36,806 nt of DNA from a virus: positions 1 to 36,806 of IMG/VR virus record IMGVR_UViG_3300045988_135475. One strand, written 5' to 3'. This document shows, piece after piece, positions 8,125-18,844 of this stretch. How positions within the stretch are numbered: position 1 is the first letter of the stretch; every line of letters begins with the position of its first letter. The translations under genes were made by a program, and so were the position numbers. The notes beneath the pieces are model-generated. The model searched no databases. It saw only the letters and a program-made list of their open reading frames with translations, and was not told the origin of the DNA.

Positions 8125-9762
8125 GTGGCAACAGAATTAATTGAAGATAATTATGTTAATTTGGATTTATTGGCAAAGGGGTTAGGAGAAATAGATATTA
8201 CTTTCTTTAATCTTTATTTCTTAAGTGAAATATTTATTCCTCAAGATGGAAATGTTGCTAGGACCTTAAGTAAAAGTCATTTTGAAATGTTTGGGTTACT
8301 TAATGAAACTTTTGTAGAGGATAAATACGACAAAATTAATATAGTTGTTAGTAGAGGTTGGGCAAAGACTACTACAGGAGATTTATCGCTTACTGTATGG
8401 GCAAAATGTTATGAGAAAAGTAAGTTTACTGTAATTGGGGCAAAAACTGATAATGATGCTCAACAATTTATAGCATCTATAAGTAATGTTTTTAAAACTA
8501 ACAAAAAGATTATAAAGACTTTTGGTTTATTGGTTGATGATAGAAGAAAGGACCTTAAATGCAATGCTAATGAAATTGAATTAACAAATAAAACTTGCAT
8601 AAGAGCTATAGGGTCCGGAACATCTTTAAGAGGTATTAACTGGAAGAGTGTAAGACCTACCATGTTAGTAATGGACGACTTTCAAGCAGAGATTAATATT
8701 CTTACTGATGATTCAAGAATAAAGCAATATAATAAGTGGACTAAAGAAGTAGAACAATGTGGAGATAAAGCAGTTTATAGAAATGGGAAGAAAATAAAAT
8801 CAGCAACTAAAATTGTTAGTATAGGTACTGTATTGCATATAGATTGCTTAATTTCTAGGTTAATAAGAAATAAGGATTATAAAACTTTTTTAAGAAGAGC
8901 AATAATTTTAGAAGATGGGCAAACTGTTGATGAAATATTTGATTCAGAATTATGGAGTGAATGTAAAAGGCTTTACTTTAATGATAAATTTGAAGATAGT
9001 AAATCAGTTGCTAAAGCTTTTTATGAAGAACATAAGGAAGAAATGCACTTCCCTGTACTATGGGAAGAAAAATGGGATTGTTTTAATGACCTTGCTATTC
9101 CTTATTGGGAAAATAGACAAGCTTTCATGTCGGAAATGATGAATGATGCTACAAGTATAGGAGAAAAGTGGTTTAAGTCAGTAAGAACTCAAACGAAAAA
9201 AGAAATTGAAAATCATACTTTTATTAAAACAATGATTGCAATAGATCCAGCGAGTACAACTAATAAAAAATCTGACTTTACTGCTATGGTAGTAGGCTCA
9301 CAAGCTACTAATAGTTTTAAATACATGAGGGAATTGGTACTAGATAAGTTTGAATTTAATAAATATTGTGAGAAAGTAGTTGAATTATTACTTATGTATG
9401 AGGATATAACTCATATTTATATTGAAAAGAACACATATCAAGGTGCTGATGTAGTAAAAATTAAAGAATTGATTGCTAAAGAACCTAAGCTAAGAAATAA
9501 AAGGTATGAATGGCTTAATGAAATGCAAAGAACTAATAAAGATGAAAAAATTAGTACTATTATTGACAATGTAAACAACGGACAAGTTATTTTTGTAGAT
9601 AATAATAAAGAGTTTGTGGACTTATTACTTGATTTCCAAGGACAAAAATATACTTTACATGATGATAGTGCTGATATAACTGCTGAATGTGTAAACAGGT
9701 TAGATAAGATTGTTAAGAACAATGTTATTAGTTTATTTGATAGAACAAAGATAGGATTGTAG
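8125..9762 (+). CDS. terL: terminase large subunit
   Basis: ATPase-like VVSRGWAKTT (deviant Walker A) and MLVMDDF (Walker B); C-terminal nuclease-like IAIDPAS...HDDSAD; size and position. Confidence 0.75.
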   Translation: MATELIEDNYVNLDLLAKGLGEIDITFFNLYFLSEIFIPQDGNVARTLSKSHFEMFGLLNETFVEDKYDKINIVVSRGWAKTTTGDLSLTVWAKCYEKSKFTVIGAKTDNDAQQFIASISNVFKTNKKIIKTFGLLVDDRRKDLKCNANEIELTNKTCIRAIGSGTSLRGINWKSVRPTMLVMDDFQAEINILTDDSRIKQYNKWTKEVEQCGDKAVYRNGKKIKSATKIVSIGTVLHIDCLISRLIRNKDYKTFLRRAIILEDGQTVDEIFDSELWSECKRLYFNDKFEDSKSVAKAFYEEHKEEMHFPVLWEEKWDCFNDLAIPYWENRQAFMSEMMNDATSIGEKWFKSVRTQTKKEIENHTFIKTMIAIDPASTTNKKSDFTAMVVGSQATNSFKYMRELVLDKFEFNKYCEKVVELLLMYEDITHIYIEKNTYQGADVVKIKELIAKEPKLRNKRYEWLNEMQRTNKDEKISTIIDNVNNGQVIFVDNNKEFVDLLLDFQGQKYTLHDDSADITAECVNRLDKIVKNNVISLFDRTKIGL

Positions 9763-9772
9763 AGGTGAGATA

Positions 9773-11053
9773 ATGAAATACAATAGAGAAATAGTTTTAA
9801 GATTACAACAAGAATTTGATAAAAGAAAAATTGTTTATGCGAAAATGGGAAAATACTATCAAGGTAAAACAGATGCTTTTGAGCAATATCCTGTAACTGA
9901 TAGAAGTAATAGAAAAGTAAAAACTAATCATATAAAGATGTTTATAGATGAAGAAGTGGCTTACTTAACAGGTAATAAGTTGACTTATTTATGTGAAAGT
10001 GATGCTAATATTACAAGTGTTATAGAATACAACTTAAATAACATAAATAGCTGCTTAGATACAGAGTTGGCAACAACTTTATTAACTTATGGGACTGCAT
10101 ATGAATTATATTATTTATATGAGGGTGAGTTTAAGGCAAAGGTTATAAATCCATTACAAGGTATAGCATATAGAAATGTAGAGGGAAAAGCTGAATTATT
10201 TTTATATTTTTATACAAAGGAACTTGAAGATAATAAATATTACATAGATTGCTTTGATGATAATTATATATATCACTTTGATGAAGGGCTTAACGAAATA
10301 GCTCCACCAACAAAACATTATTTTGGTATTTGCCCTGTAGGGGTAGCAGAATTAAGTAACGGTGTAGCAGATACTATTTATAATTCTATAAAAGACTTAC
10401 AGGATAGTTATGAAAGTACCTTAAGCGATTGGAGCAATGAAATAGCAGATACTAGATTAGCTTATATGCTTATTACAGGAATGACTTTAGATGATGAAGA
10501 TGCTAAAAAAATGAAGTCTATGGGAATACTACAATGTCCGGATCCGGCAGGTAAGATTGAATGGCTTGTAAAAAATATACCTAGTGATTTTATAAAGACA
10601 TATAGAGAAACTTTAGAAGATGAAATGTATAAGGTAACACATCATTTAAAAAATCAAGTTGCAATTCAGAGTAATACAAGTGGTACAATGTTAGCTACTA
10701 GACTAAACTGCTTAAGAATAAAATTAACTACTATACATCAATGTTTAAATAATTGTATTAAGACTAGATTAAGATGCTTATTTAAATACTTAAATATTGT
10801 AGAAGGTACTGATTATAATTACAAAGATGTAAGTATTAAATTTACGTTGAATTTACCTAATAATGATTTAGAAATGGCTCAAATATTAAGCCAACTTACA
10901 GGAAAGTTAAGTATTCGTACAGGATTAAGCCAATTAAGCTTTGTTACTAATGCAGAAGAAGAGTATAACAAGATGATGGAAGAACAGGAACAAGCTTTAG
11001 GTGAGTTGGATTTGGATGTGATAAAAGATGAAACCGAACAAATATCAGCTTGA
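9773..11053 (+). CDS. portal protein
   Basis: 426-aa ORF immediately after terL, acidic C-terminus; call rests on position and size. Confidence 0.6.
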   Translation: MKYNREIVLRLQQEFDKRKIVYAKMGKYYQGKTDAFEQYPVTDRSNRKVKTNHIKMFIDEEVAYLTGNKLTYLCESDANITSVIEYNLNNINSCLDTELATTLLTYGTAYELYYLYEGEFKAKVINPLQGIAYRNVEGKAELFLYFYTKELEDNKYYIDCFDDNYIYHFDEGLNEIAPPTKHYFGICPVGVAELSNGVADTIYNSIKDLQDSYESTLSDWSNEIADTRLAYMLITGMTLDDEDAKKMKSMGILQCPDPAGKIEWLVKNIPSDFIKTYRETLEDEMYKVTHHLKNQVAIQSNTSGTMLATRLNCLRIKLTTIHQCLNNCIKTRLRCLFKYLNIVEGTDYNYKDVSIKFTLNLPNNDLEMAQILSQLTGKLSIRTGLSQLSFVTNAEEEYNKMMEEQEQALGELDLDVIKDETEQISA

Positions 11054-11915
11054 TTTTGCTAAGAAGTTACTTAAATATGCAGAAAAATTAGCAGAAGAGG
11101 GAGAAAAGGAATTATTGGCTATGCTTAAGAGTATGGCTGATAATCAAAACTCTTTACTTGTAGAGGTAGGAAGAATACTGCTTGATTATGATATTTTAAA
11201 AGAACATATGAGTTTAACTCCAGGACAAATAAAAATGGAATTTGATAAATTAGGCGAGTTGATAAATTATACATTTACAGATGAAAGTATAAAAGAAATA
11301 GAAAATACAAAAAGCTTTTTAAAATATGTAGGTAATGGAACTTGGGATAATAGCAGTTATCTTTTATCTTTAGGAATTGATTTTGCTTTAAAAAAAATAG
11401 AATCTAAAGATTTAGAGAGAATAATTAATAAAACTATTAAAGGGAAAAATTATTCTGATAGAATAAAAGGAAATAAAGAAAAAATTGCTAAGATCTTAAG
11501 GAAAGATATTAAAGATTTTTTAGAAGGTAAAATAAGTGTAAATGATATAAGAAAAAAAATAAAGGACCTATACAATAATAATGCTAAGGCAACTAAGATT
11601 TTAGTTAGAAATGAAATTGGAAGAGTACAAGCTGGAGTAAATGAATTGTGGGCTGAAGAACATAATATTGAGTGGCAGCTATTTGATGCTACTTTAGATA
11701 GTAAAACTACCGAAATATGTCAAAGGTATGATGGGCAAGTATTTAGAAAAGATGATGCTAATAAGCCTATACCTAACGTAAATACACATATATGTTGTAG
11801 GTCATGTTTAATAGCCCTACCTAGTAAAGATTATAGACCTAAAACTAAGATGGACAATGAAACTAAGGAACATATACCATACACAACTTATAAGGAATGG
11901 AAGGCTAATAAATAG
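11028..11915 (+). CDS. head morphogenesis protein (SPP1 gp7 / Mu F-like)
   Basis: C-terminal NEIGRVQAG ... NTHICCRSC (H-x-x-C-R-x-C-like) motif; position after portal. Confidence 0.65.
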   Translation: MKPNKYQLDFAKKLLKYAEKLAEEGEKELLAMLKSMADNQNSLLVEVGRILLDYDILKEHMSLTPGQIKMEFDKLGELINYTFTDESIKEIENTKSFLKYVGNGTWDNSSYLLSLGIDFALKKIESKDLERIINKTIKGKNYSDRIKGNKEKIAKILRKDIKDFLEGKISVNDIRKKIKDLYNNNAKATKILVRNEIGRVQAGVNELWAEEHNIEWQLFDATLDSKTTEICQRYDGQVFRKDDANKPIPNVNTHICCRSCLIALPSKDYRPKTKMDNETKEHIPYTTYKEWKANK

Positions 11916-11931
11916 GCCTTCTTTTTTATTT
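11899..11931 (+). terminator. rho-independent terminator
   Basis: GGAAGGC taataaatag GCCTTC followed by TTTTTTATTTT. Confidence 0.6.
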
Positions 11932-11960
11932 TGCATATAATTTCACACAAAATATGAATT

Positions 11961-11970
11961 TAGTCGATAA
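11961..11970 (+). promoter_or_regulatory. TAGTCGATAA motif copy 3, 59 nt upstream of the scaffold/capsid operon
   Basis: AGTCGATA core shared with the three other sites. Confidence 0.3.
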
Positions 11971-12028
11971 GAATAGTAGAAGGATTACTTTGTAGGGGCA
12001 ATAGCAACTATAAAAGGGGGAATTAAAA

Positions 12029-12634
12029 ATGAATAAAACTGAATTATTAGCATTAATCAATGAAGTTGATGATAATGCCGATATAGATGAAATTATATTA
12101 AGTAATGGTTTTGCAAAGCCTATTACAGATGTTGAAGGCTTAAATAAGCTACTCGAGAGCGACAAATCTTTACAGGGGTTATTTGATAAGAAGGTAACTA
12201 CTGGAATAGAAAATTTTAAAAAGAATGGTATGCAAAAGTTAATTGAAGCAGAAGTTCTTAAACGTACTGGTAAGAATGAAACACCAGAACAAAAAGAAAT
12301 TAGAGAACTAAAGGAAAGACTTGATAAGGCTGATAAGGAAAAAGCTAAAGCAGAAATGATTAGTAAGTATAAGGATGTATTAACTGAAAAGAAAATACCT
12401 TCTAATATGATTGATTTCTTATTGGCTCAAGATGATGAAACAACAGGAGCTAACATTGAGTTATTTGAAAATTCTATGAAACAATACATAGAAACAGGAA
12501 TAAAAGCAAAGTTAGGAGATTCAGAGTATACTCCACCAACAGGAGGAGGGAATGTAGGGAAAGTTACTTGGGAGCAGGTAATTGATAATCCTTCATTATA
12601 TAACACATATTTAGAACAAAACAAGGGGGAATAA
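12029..12634 (+). CDS. scaffolding protein
   Basis: Alpha-helical, K/E-rich 201-aa protein directly upstream of the capsid gene; GGGGGA RBS. Confidence 0.55.
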   Translation: MNKTELLALINEVDDNADIDEIILSNGFAKPITDVEGLNKLLESDKSLQGLFDKKVTTGIENFKKNGMQKLIEAEVLKRTGKNETPEQKEIRELKERLDKADKEKAKAEMISKYKDVLTEKKIPSNMIDFLLAQDDETTGANIELFENSMKQYIETGIKAKLGDSEYTPPTGGGNVGKVTWEQVIDNPSLYNTYLEQNKGE

Positions 12635-12637
12635 AAT

Positions 12638-13480
12638 ATGGCAATCACAGGTTTTAAGAAAACAGTTTGGGAAACTGCATTAATGACTGCGTGGAGAGGT
12701 GTATCAGTTGCAGATGTAATTACAACTCCACCAACAAGAGTAGAAGGGGAAAAGGCAATATTTAATACTGTATCTGGTGGGACTGTTAAAGACTATGATG
12801 GTACTATAAGTTATGAAGATGCTACTACTACTCCAATTGAATTAGCATTTGACCAAAAGAAATATTGGGCAATTAAATTAGATGATGTTGATAAGGTTCA
12901 AGCAGCTGGACCAGTATTAACAGTATTAGCACAAGAAAAAGCATTAGATCTAAAAGAAGCCATTGATACTGATTTATTAAAAGAAATGGCTAAAATACCA
13001 ACTGAGAGCAACAAACAGTTAATAGGAGAAACAGAGACAAAAAAATCTATAACTGAACCTAGTCAAGCTTATGACTTTGTTGTTGATTTAGGAACTATTT
13101 TATCAACTAATAAGTGTCCTATGGCTAACAGATTTGTTATAGCAAAAGCAGAGTTTATTAATTTAATGGCAAAGGATAAGAGATTTGCAGACAACTTCAA
13201 TGTTTTACCTAATGGAATTGTACAAGGGGCAACAATTAACGGGATGACAGTAATTCAATGTGAAGATTTGCCAGCTAATACAGTTTTATGTGTACATAAA
13301 TCAGCGTTTGGATATGCAGCACAATTAAATGAAACTGAAGCTTTAAGACTTGAAAATTCATTCTCTGATGCAGTAAGAGGATTAGCAGTTTTCGGAAGAA
13401 AAGCTTTAAGAACAAAAGGTATAGCTGGATTATTATATGAAATTTCTCCAGCAGAAATTGTTCAGCTTAGAAGAAAATAA
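12638..13480 (+). CDS. major capsid protein
   Basis: 280-aa ORF after scaffold, GGGGGA RBS; position-based call. Confidence 0.6.
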   Translation: MAITGFKKTVWETALMTAWRGVSVADVITTPPTRVEGEKAIFNTVSGGTVKDYDGTISYEDATTTPIELAFDQKKYWAIKLDDVDKVQAAGPVLTVLAQEKALDLKEAIDTDLLKEMAKIPTESNKQLIGETETKKSITEPSQAYDFVVDLGTILSTNKCPMANRFVIAKAEFINLMAKDKRFADNFNVLPNGIVQGATINGMTVIQCEDLPANTVLCVHKSAFGYAAQLNETEALRLENSFSDAVRGLAVFGRKALRTKGIAGLLYEISPAEIVQLRRK

Positions 13481-13497
13481 AGAAAGTTGGTGAATAG

Positions 13498-13776
13498 ATG
13501 AAATTTTCAGATTTAGATATAGAAAATATTTGTGTACAGGCTATTAAAGAATATTTAAATAAGCCTTTAACAGATGAAGAGGTTAAAAGTGAATATAGAG
13601 TAGCTTTGATGTACATGATTGAAGAAGCTAAAGAAATATTGAAAAATACTAAAAGTGGGATTTCATCTATTTCTCAAGGTTCACAAAGTATTTCTTATGA
13701 TTCTACTGTACAGGCTTTTAGGATAAACGAAAGTGTAAAGGCTTTATTACCAAAACCGAGTATAAGGTTATTCTAA
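13498..13776 (+). CDS. head-tail connector protein
   Basis: 92-aa ORF in the canonical post-capsid position. Confidence 0.4.
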   Translation: MKFSDLDIENICVQAIKEYLNKPLTDEEVKSEYRVALMYMIEEAKEILKNTKSGISSISQGSQSISYDSTVQAFRINESVKALLPKPSIRLF

Positions 13777-13789
13777 GGAGGATATTAAC

Positions 13790-14110
13790 ATGGTATTTTT
13801 TGCAGATGATGAATTATATAAAGTGATTCAAAATAAGATTAAAAATGAATTTGGGCAAGTAGTGACAACTTATACTAAAGAGCAATTACCATATATGGTT
13901 AATATCCAGCCTATAGAAGAAAAGTCAGTTAAATATACTTTTGGAGAAGATATTTCAAGTACATTACAAGCTTATACTGAAAAAGAAATGAATTTTTGTA
14001 TAGGTGATGTAGTAGTATTTGAAAATCTTGCTTATGAAGTTGAAAAGAAAGTTTCTTGGAAAAGTTATGACATTATTGCATTGAAAAGAGTTGATATTAA
14101 ATGGCAATAA
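13790..14110 (+). CDS. head closure / head-tail adaptor protein
   Basis: 106-aa ORF, AAGGAGG RBS, position. Confidence 0.4.
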   Translation: MVFFADDELYKVIQNKIKNEFGQVVTTYTKEQLPYMVNIQPIEEKSVKYTFGEDISSTLQAYTEKEMNFCIGDVVVFENLAYEVEKKVSWKSYDIIALKRVDIKWQ

Positions 14111-14427
14111 AGAAAACAAATAATATGAAAAAGATTATCAATAATTTGCAAAAAGGAGTTGAAAACTCTTTAGAGCAAGTTGGAGTTGCTGGAGTTGCCA
14201 ATATTCAAACTAATACACCTATAAAGAATGGGTATTTAAAGAGAAGTATGACTTTTAAAAAAGCTATAAAGGGTAAGAAATATAAAGTTACTTTCGGAAG
14301 TGCTTTAGATTATTCAATAATAGTTGAGTTTAAACCAAGTAGAGTACAAGGTTTCTTTAGAAATACATTAGCAAACTTTAAAGGTGAAGCTAAAGAAATT
14401 ATTGAAAGAAACATATCACGATTGTAG
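14101..14427 (+). CDS. tail completion protein (HK97 gp10-like by position)
   Basis: 108-aa ORF, translationally coupled to the upstream gene. Confidence 0.4.
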   Translation: MAIKKTNNMKKIINNLQKGVENSLEQVGVAGVANIQTNTPIKNGYLKRSMTFKKAIKGKKYKVTFGSALDYSIIVEFKPSRVQGFFRNTLANFKGEAKEIIERNISRL

Positions 14428-14809
14428 AGGTGATAATGTGAGTTTGAAAGTTAATAATAAAGAGATATATAAATTATTAAATGAATTTAATGTTTATATT
14501 GATGAATTACCTGTTAAAGATGAAGAGAATAGGGAGTTGGATTATTTAAACAATGTCTATGTTACCTATACTATAAAAAATGCAAGGGATTCAGTTTATA
14601 AAAATATATTTGACTTGGAATTACAAGTTATAACACATAAAAAGAATAAATTTGATGCGCAAGAAGTTGCAATTACAATTGATTCAATTCTTAATAAGAA
14701 AGTATTAAATGCTGCAAGAATAACAAGAAAAAATGCTTGGTTAGTTCTATTTATTGATGAAGATGATAAGCAGAATATTGTATTGCAGTATGACTTAAAT
14801 AAGTTTTAA
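14384..14809 (+). CDS. tail terminator-like protein (true start may be the internal GTG near 14436)
   Basis: 141-aa ORF immediately before the major tail gene. Confidence 0.4.
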   Translation: MKLKKLLKETYHDCRGDNVSLKVNNKEIYKLLNEFNVYIDELPVKDEENRELDYLNNVYVTYTIKNARDSVYKNIFDLELQVITHKKNKFDAQEVAITIDSILNKKVLNAARITRKNAWLVLFIDEDDKQNIVLQYDLNKF

Positions 14810-14823
14810 AAGGGGGTAAGAAA

Positions 14824-15393
14824 ATGGCAGTACCAGATATAAATATGAATGAAATTGTATGGGATTCAGCTACATTATATTATGGAAAGTTTGATTTAAC
14901 TAACATAGATACTCTAATGACACAATTAGAGGGGAAAGAGTTAGGGTTAAGTGATGGTGGTGTAACATTTACTTCTACACCAGAGATAAGACAAATACCC
15001 GTACAGGGGCATTTAGATAGAAAGTTGAAAGGCTTTGAAAGAATAATTAAGGTTGATGGAAAAGTAGAAGGTGAAATGTTAGTAGTTAATAAAAATACAT
15101 TAGAAATGTCTTTATACAAAAAGCAAACTACAACATCATCTAAGTATGAAAAGTATGTACCGCATACAGGGATAATAGAAGATGAAATGTATGGGGATTT
15201 ATTAGTAGTTGGAACAACTACAGGGGAAGTACCTGTAATAGTGCATATTCAAAATACTTATAATATGGAGTTTTCTTTAGAAACTGCTGACAAGGAAGAA
15301 GGAAAAGTTAAGATTAATTTTGAAAGTGCGTATGATCCTAAAAAAGATAAAGAGGTGCCAGTTGCTATTTATCTACCTAAGGGAGAAGAATAA
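14824..15393 (+). CDS. major tail protein
   Basis: 189-aa ORF, GGGGG RBS, followed by a strong terminator; position-based. Confidence 0.6.
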   Translation: MAVPDINMNEIVWDSATLYYGKFDLTNIDTLMTQLEGKELGLSDGGVTFTSTPEIRQIPVQGHLDRKLKGFERIIKVDGKVEGEMLVVNKNTLEMSLYKKQTTTSSKYEKYVPHTGIIEDEMYGDLLVVGTTTGEVPVIVHIQNTYNMEFSLETADKEEGKVKINFESAYDPKKDKEVPVAIYLPKGEE

Positions 15394-15420
15394 GGTAGTA
15401 GAAATACTACCATTTTTTTA
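15394..15420 (+). terminator. rho-independent terminator after the major tail gene
   Basis: GGTAGTA gaaa TACTACC followed by ATTTTTTT. Confidence 0.65.
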
Positions 15421-15440
15421 TATAGACGGAGGTTTCAAGA

Positions 15441-15890
15441 ATGGAATTAAATTTAAAAGGTAAACATATTTTCAGCTTAATAAAATTGATAAACAAGATG
15501 GATATAAAAAAAGAAATCAAGGAGTTTTTTAAAAGAGCAACTAAAAGTGATAGAAAGAAAAAAAATCTAACTATTAAACTTAAGTTGGCTTTAGGGGATA
15601 TGGAAAATAACCCTGTAAATGTAAATAAGGTTTTTCAAGAAAATGAAGAGTTAGCACAATGCTTTGAAGAGGTGCAAGAAGAAAAGAAAGACTTAATGCT
15701 TGATATAGCTTTCTTTGTAATGGAAAAGGCTGGACAAGGAGAGCAGGAGATATTTAAGTTATTAGCTGATATGTACTCTATGCCTGTACAGGAGTTTGAA
15801 GAGTTAGGCTTTAATGAAATGTTAGATGCAGTTATGAAAGTTATAAAAAATGAGGAAATACAACAGGGTTTTTTATCTATATTCAAATAG
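15441..15890 (+). CDS. tail assembly chaperone
   Basis: Acidic 149-aa ORF between major tail and tape measure genes. Confidence 0.5.
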   Translation: MELNLKGKHIFSLIKLINKMDIKKEIKEFFKRATKSDRKKKNLTIKLKLALGDMENNPVNVNKVFQENEELAQCFEEVQEEKKDLMLDIAFFVMEKAGQGEQEIFKLLADMYSMPVQEFEELGFNEMLDAVMKVIKNEEIQQGFLSIFK

Positions 15891-15940
15891 AGAATGGCAA
15901 AGATAATTTTATAGGTATTTTAAATAAATATAACCTCTAT

Positions 15941-16204
15941 TTGAGTTTAAAAGAAACTGATTTAGATGAATTTAATTTTATTGTATTCAATACTTTAGAA
16001 CAGTTTTATGATGATAGACTTTTTGAAATTTATAATTTGAATAATTTCATGGCTTCTGAAAAAATGAGTTTCTTTGAATATAAAGAGAAATTAGAAAAAA
16101 TGTCTTCTAAAGAAATTGATGTAGATAAGGTTAAGAAAGATACAAATAAGGCATTAAATAGCTTTATAAATTCACTAAAGAAAGAAGGTGAGAATAATGA
16201 GTAG
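15941..16204 (+). CDS. second tail-chaperone-like small acidic protein (TTG start)
   Basis: 87-aa ORF; its frame is closed upstream by TAA at 15926-15928. Confidence 0.35.
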   Translation: MSLKETDLDEFNFIVFNTLEQFYDDRLFEIYNLNNFMASEKMSFFEYKEKLEKMSSKEIDVDKVKKDTNKALNSFINSLKKEGENNE

Positions 16205-18128
16205 TGATGCTTTTATATTGCAAGGGACTATTGATGTAGATATTAATGATGCGGTTAATTCACTTAATAGAGTTGATAGACAAGTTGATAGTAGTGGTAA
16301 CTCTATGAGTGGAGTTTTTGGGAAATTAGGTAAAGTAATAGCCGGAGCATTTGCAGTTAGTAAAATAGTTGACTTTGGTACAAAATGTTTAAGTGCTGCT
16401 AGTGAAGTTGAAGAGATGGAAAATAAATTCAACGTTGTATTTAAGAATACATCTAAGGCTATGGATGAATGGGCAGATAGTTATGCTGATGCAATTGGTA
16501 GAAGTAAGACAGAAATTAAAACCGCTATATCTAATCAATCAGACTTAATGATTGGTATGGGTATGAGTGAAGAAGTTGCTGGGGATTTATCTCAAAAGTA
16601 TACTGAGTTAGCTTATGACCTTGCGAGCTTTAACAATGTTAATGATGCAACTGCACTTGAAGCTATGACCAAGGCTATGTTTGGAGAAACTGAAATGGCT
16701 AAGCAATTAGGATTAAACTTAAGTGCTACAACTATGGAAAACTCGGAATATGTTAAGTCTTTAGGTAAAAAGTGGTCAGCTATGACACAAGCTGAAAAGG
16801 CAGAAGCTTATTATCAAGAAGCATTAAAACAATCAGTTAATGCGATTGGAGATGCTGAAAGAAGTTCGGACAGTTATGCAAACCAAATTAGAAGAACTCA
16901 ATCGAAAATAACTGAATTTACTGAAACAGTAGGGGCATATATGCTACCAATGGCAACTAATGTTGTTACTTGTTTTGGTAATATGGTTGATGGAGCAATA
17001 GATTTTGTAAATAATGTTGCAGAAGGTTTCGGAAAAGCTAGAGAGGAATTTGATGCTACAGGAGAATATGTAGATGCACTTGATGTATTCATTCAAGAGG
17101 TATTTGGGGTTAATATGCCTAGTACATTTTTCTATATGGTAGAAAGTATAATTGCCTATTTCCAAACTTTATGGACGACAGTAACTGATATTTGGAATAA
17201 TGTTGCAGTTCCTGTTTTTAACATAATAAAAGAAATGTTTGATAGTACAGGTATTACGGCAGACACTGTTTTTAATTACATTAGCTGGATTTTTGAGTTA
17301 GCTATGGATGTAATAAAAACAGTTTGGGAGAGCGTTGGCCAGCCTGTAATGAATATAATAGTTGAAATATTAGGTTGGGTTAAGGATAAGTTTGTTGAAT
17401 ATATGCCGATAATCCAACAAGTATTTAAGGATTGTATTGATATTATTAATAGAGTTTGGCAAGATGTTTTAAAACCTTGCTTTGAAGCAATAGGAGGGTT
17501 TATACAAAATGTATTAGCACCAACTTTTAAGTGGGCATTTGAAAATGTAATAGGGCCAGTTGTTGATGCTTGTTTCAGAGGTATAGGAGAACTATGGAAT
17601 AATAGTTTAAAACCGATTTTTGACGGCATAATAACATTTGTAAAGGGAGTATTTACAGGAAATTGGAGAAGTGCTTGGAATGGAGTAGTGCAAACATTAG
17701 GTGGTGTATGGAGTGGAATTACTACAGTTATAAAAGCACCTTTAAATGCAGTAATTGGACTTATAAATAAAGCTATAAGTGCTATGAATAAAATTAGCGT
17801 TACTATTCCGGATTGGGTTCCGGCAGTTGGTGGAAAAACCTTTGGTGTGAATTTACCAAGCATTAATTATCTTGAAAATGGTGGTATATTAACACAGCCT
17901 ACTATGTTAAATGCTAATACTATGGCTGGAGAGAAAAATAAAGGTAGACAAGCGCAAGCAGAAGCAGTAATACCTTTAGATAGATTATTTAAAGAAATGG
18001 ATAGATTGTATGGGCAAGGTAAAGAAATAATATTAAATATAGATGGTAGACAATTTATGAGAGCAGTAGCTCCATATCAAAAGGAACTAGATAGTTATAA
18101 TAGAAGGTCAGCAAAATTTGCTTATTAG
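16188..18128 (+). CDS. tail tape measure protein
   Basis: 646-aa protein with alternating helical and hydrophobic W/G-rich segments; position. Confidence 0.7.
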   Translation: MRIMSSDAFILQGTIDVDINDAVNSLNRVDRQVDSSGNSMSGVFGKLGKVIAGAFAVSKIVDFGTKCLSAASEVEEMENKFNVVFKNTSKAMDEWADSYADAIGRSKTEIKTAISNQSDLMIGMGMSEEVAGDLSQKYTELAYDLASFNNVNDATALEAMTKAMFGETEMAKQLGLNLSATTMENSEYVKSLGKKWSAMTQAEKAEAYYQEALKQSVNAIGDAERSSDSYANQIRRTQSKITEFTETVGAYMLPMATNVVTCFGNMVDGAIDFVNNVAEGFGKAREEFDATGEYVDALDVFIQEVFGVNMPSTFFYMVESIIAYFQTLWTTVTDIWNNVAVPVFNIIKEMFDSTGITADTVFNYISWIFELAMDVIKTVWESVGQPVMNIIVEILGWVKDKFVEYMPIIQQVFKDCIDIINRVWQDVLKPCFEAIGGFIQNVLAPTFKWAFENVIGPVVDACFRGIGELWNNSLKPIFDGIITFVKGVFTGNWRSAWNGVVQTLGGVWSGITTVIKAPLNAVIGLINKAISAMNKISVTIPDWVPAVGGKTFGVNLPSINYLENGGILTQPTMLNANTMAGEKNKGRQAQAEAVIPLDRLFKEMDRLYGQGKEIILNIDGRQFMRAVAPYQKELDSYNRRSAKFAY

Positions 18129-18141
18129 GAGGGAATAACAA

Positions 18142-18840
18142 ATGTATTTTTATTTTAATAATAATTCTAGTGAAAGTTTTAAGGTTATTCTTTCCGACTT
18201 TCCGCAATTACCTTTTGTACAGGAGGAAATTAAATTAGTCGAGGTCGGTGGAAAAGATGGGACTTTAACTAAGAGAACAGGGAAATATAAGGATTTAGTA
18301 ATAAGTTTAGAATGTGAATTATTAGATATCGAAAATTATAATGAAGCAATTAGAAATATTAATAATTGGATTAATGATATTGAAGATAATAGATTATTCT
18401 TTATTGATAATCCAAGCAGGTGTTATAAAGTTAAAAAAGTTACTGCGGGGAATATAAAGAATGAATTAAATATTTACGGAACCTTTACAATAGAATTTAC
18501 TTGTTATCCTTTTATATATTCTACAGAGGAATATGAGATAGAGGTAAATAATAATAGTGAATTTTACTATAGTGGAGATATAGAAACTCATCCAAGGATA
18601 GTATTAAGTGGATGTAGCGGAAATATTCAAATTACTATTAATGATATTGCAACTCAACTTAATGATACTGATGGACAAATAATTATAGATTATCCACAGG
18701 CATTAAATGAAGAAGGTAAAAGCATTACTAATAATATGATTGGAAAATTTCCTACATTAATAAAAGGGATAAATAGTATATCTTGGACAGGAACAATTAA
18801 AGGTATGAAAATTAAAGAAAATGCTTTATACAGGGGGTGA
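18142..18840 (+). CDS. distal tail protein (Dit)
   Basis: 232-aa ORF directly after the tape measure gene. Confidence 0.55.
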   Translation: MYFYFNNNSSESFKVILSDFPQLPFVQEEIKLVEVGGKDGTLTKRTGKYKDLVISLECELLDIENYNEAIRNINNWINDIEDNRLFFIDNPSRCYKVKKVTAGNIKNELNIYGTFTIEFTCYPFIYSTEEYEIEVNNNSEFYYSGDIETHPRIVLSGCSGNIQITINDIATQLNDTDGQIIIDYPQALNEEGKSITNNMIGKFPTLIKGINSISWTGTIKGMKIKENALYRG

Positions 18841-18844
18841 TTAA

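Noticed and set aside
8915-9139. 74-aa + strand ORF inside terL (also 28410-28634 inside int, 33212-33469 inside the Rad52-like gene)
   Set aside because: Alternative-frame ORFs nested in well-supported longer genes; no RBS or motif support.
15441-16204. Programmed -1 frameshift joining the two tail-chaperone ORFs (G/GT-type)
   Set aside because: The downstream frame is closed by TAA at 15926-15928, after the upstream ORF stop at 15888-15890. There is no overlapping open frame for a slip, so they are treated as two separate genes.
17276-17863. 195-aa minus-strand ORF
   Set aside because: Lies entirely antisense within the tape measure gene, has a low-complexity hydrophobic translation and no RBS. 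Spurious, as are the other short minus-strand ORFs inside + strand genes (2397-2588, 2795-3049, 8460-8663, 9438-9722, 11926-12165, 12427-12648, 14880-15119, 15635-15886, 16175-16432, 16898-17165, 21041-21226, 22724-22987, 23954-24208, 26415-26863, 27389-27732, 31456-31641, 31852-32076, 33174-33419, 33870-34067).
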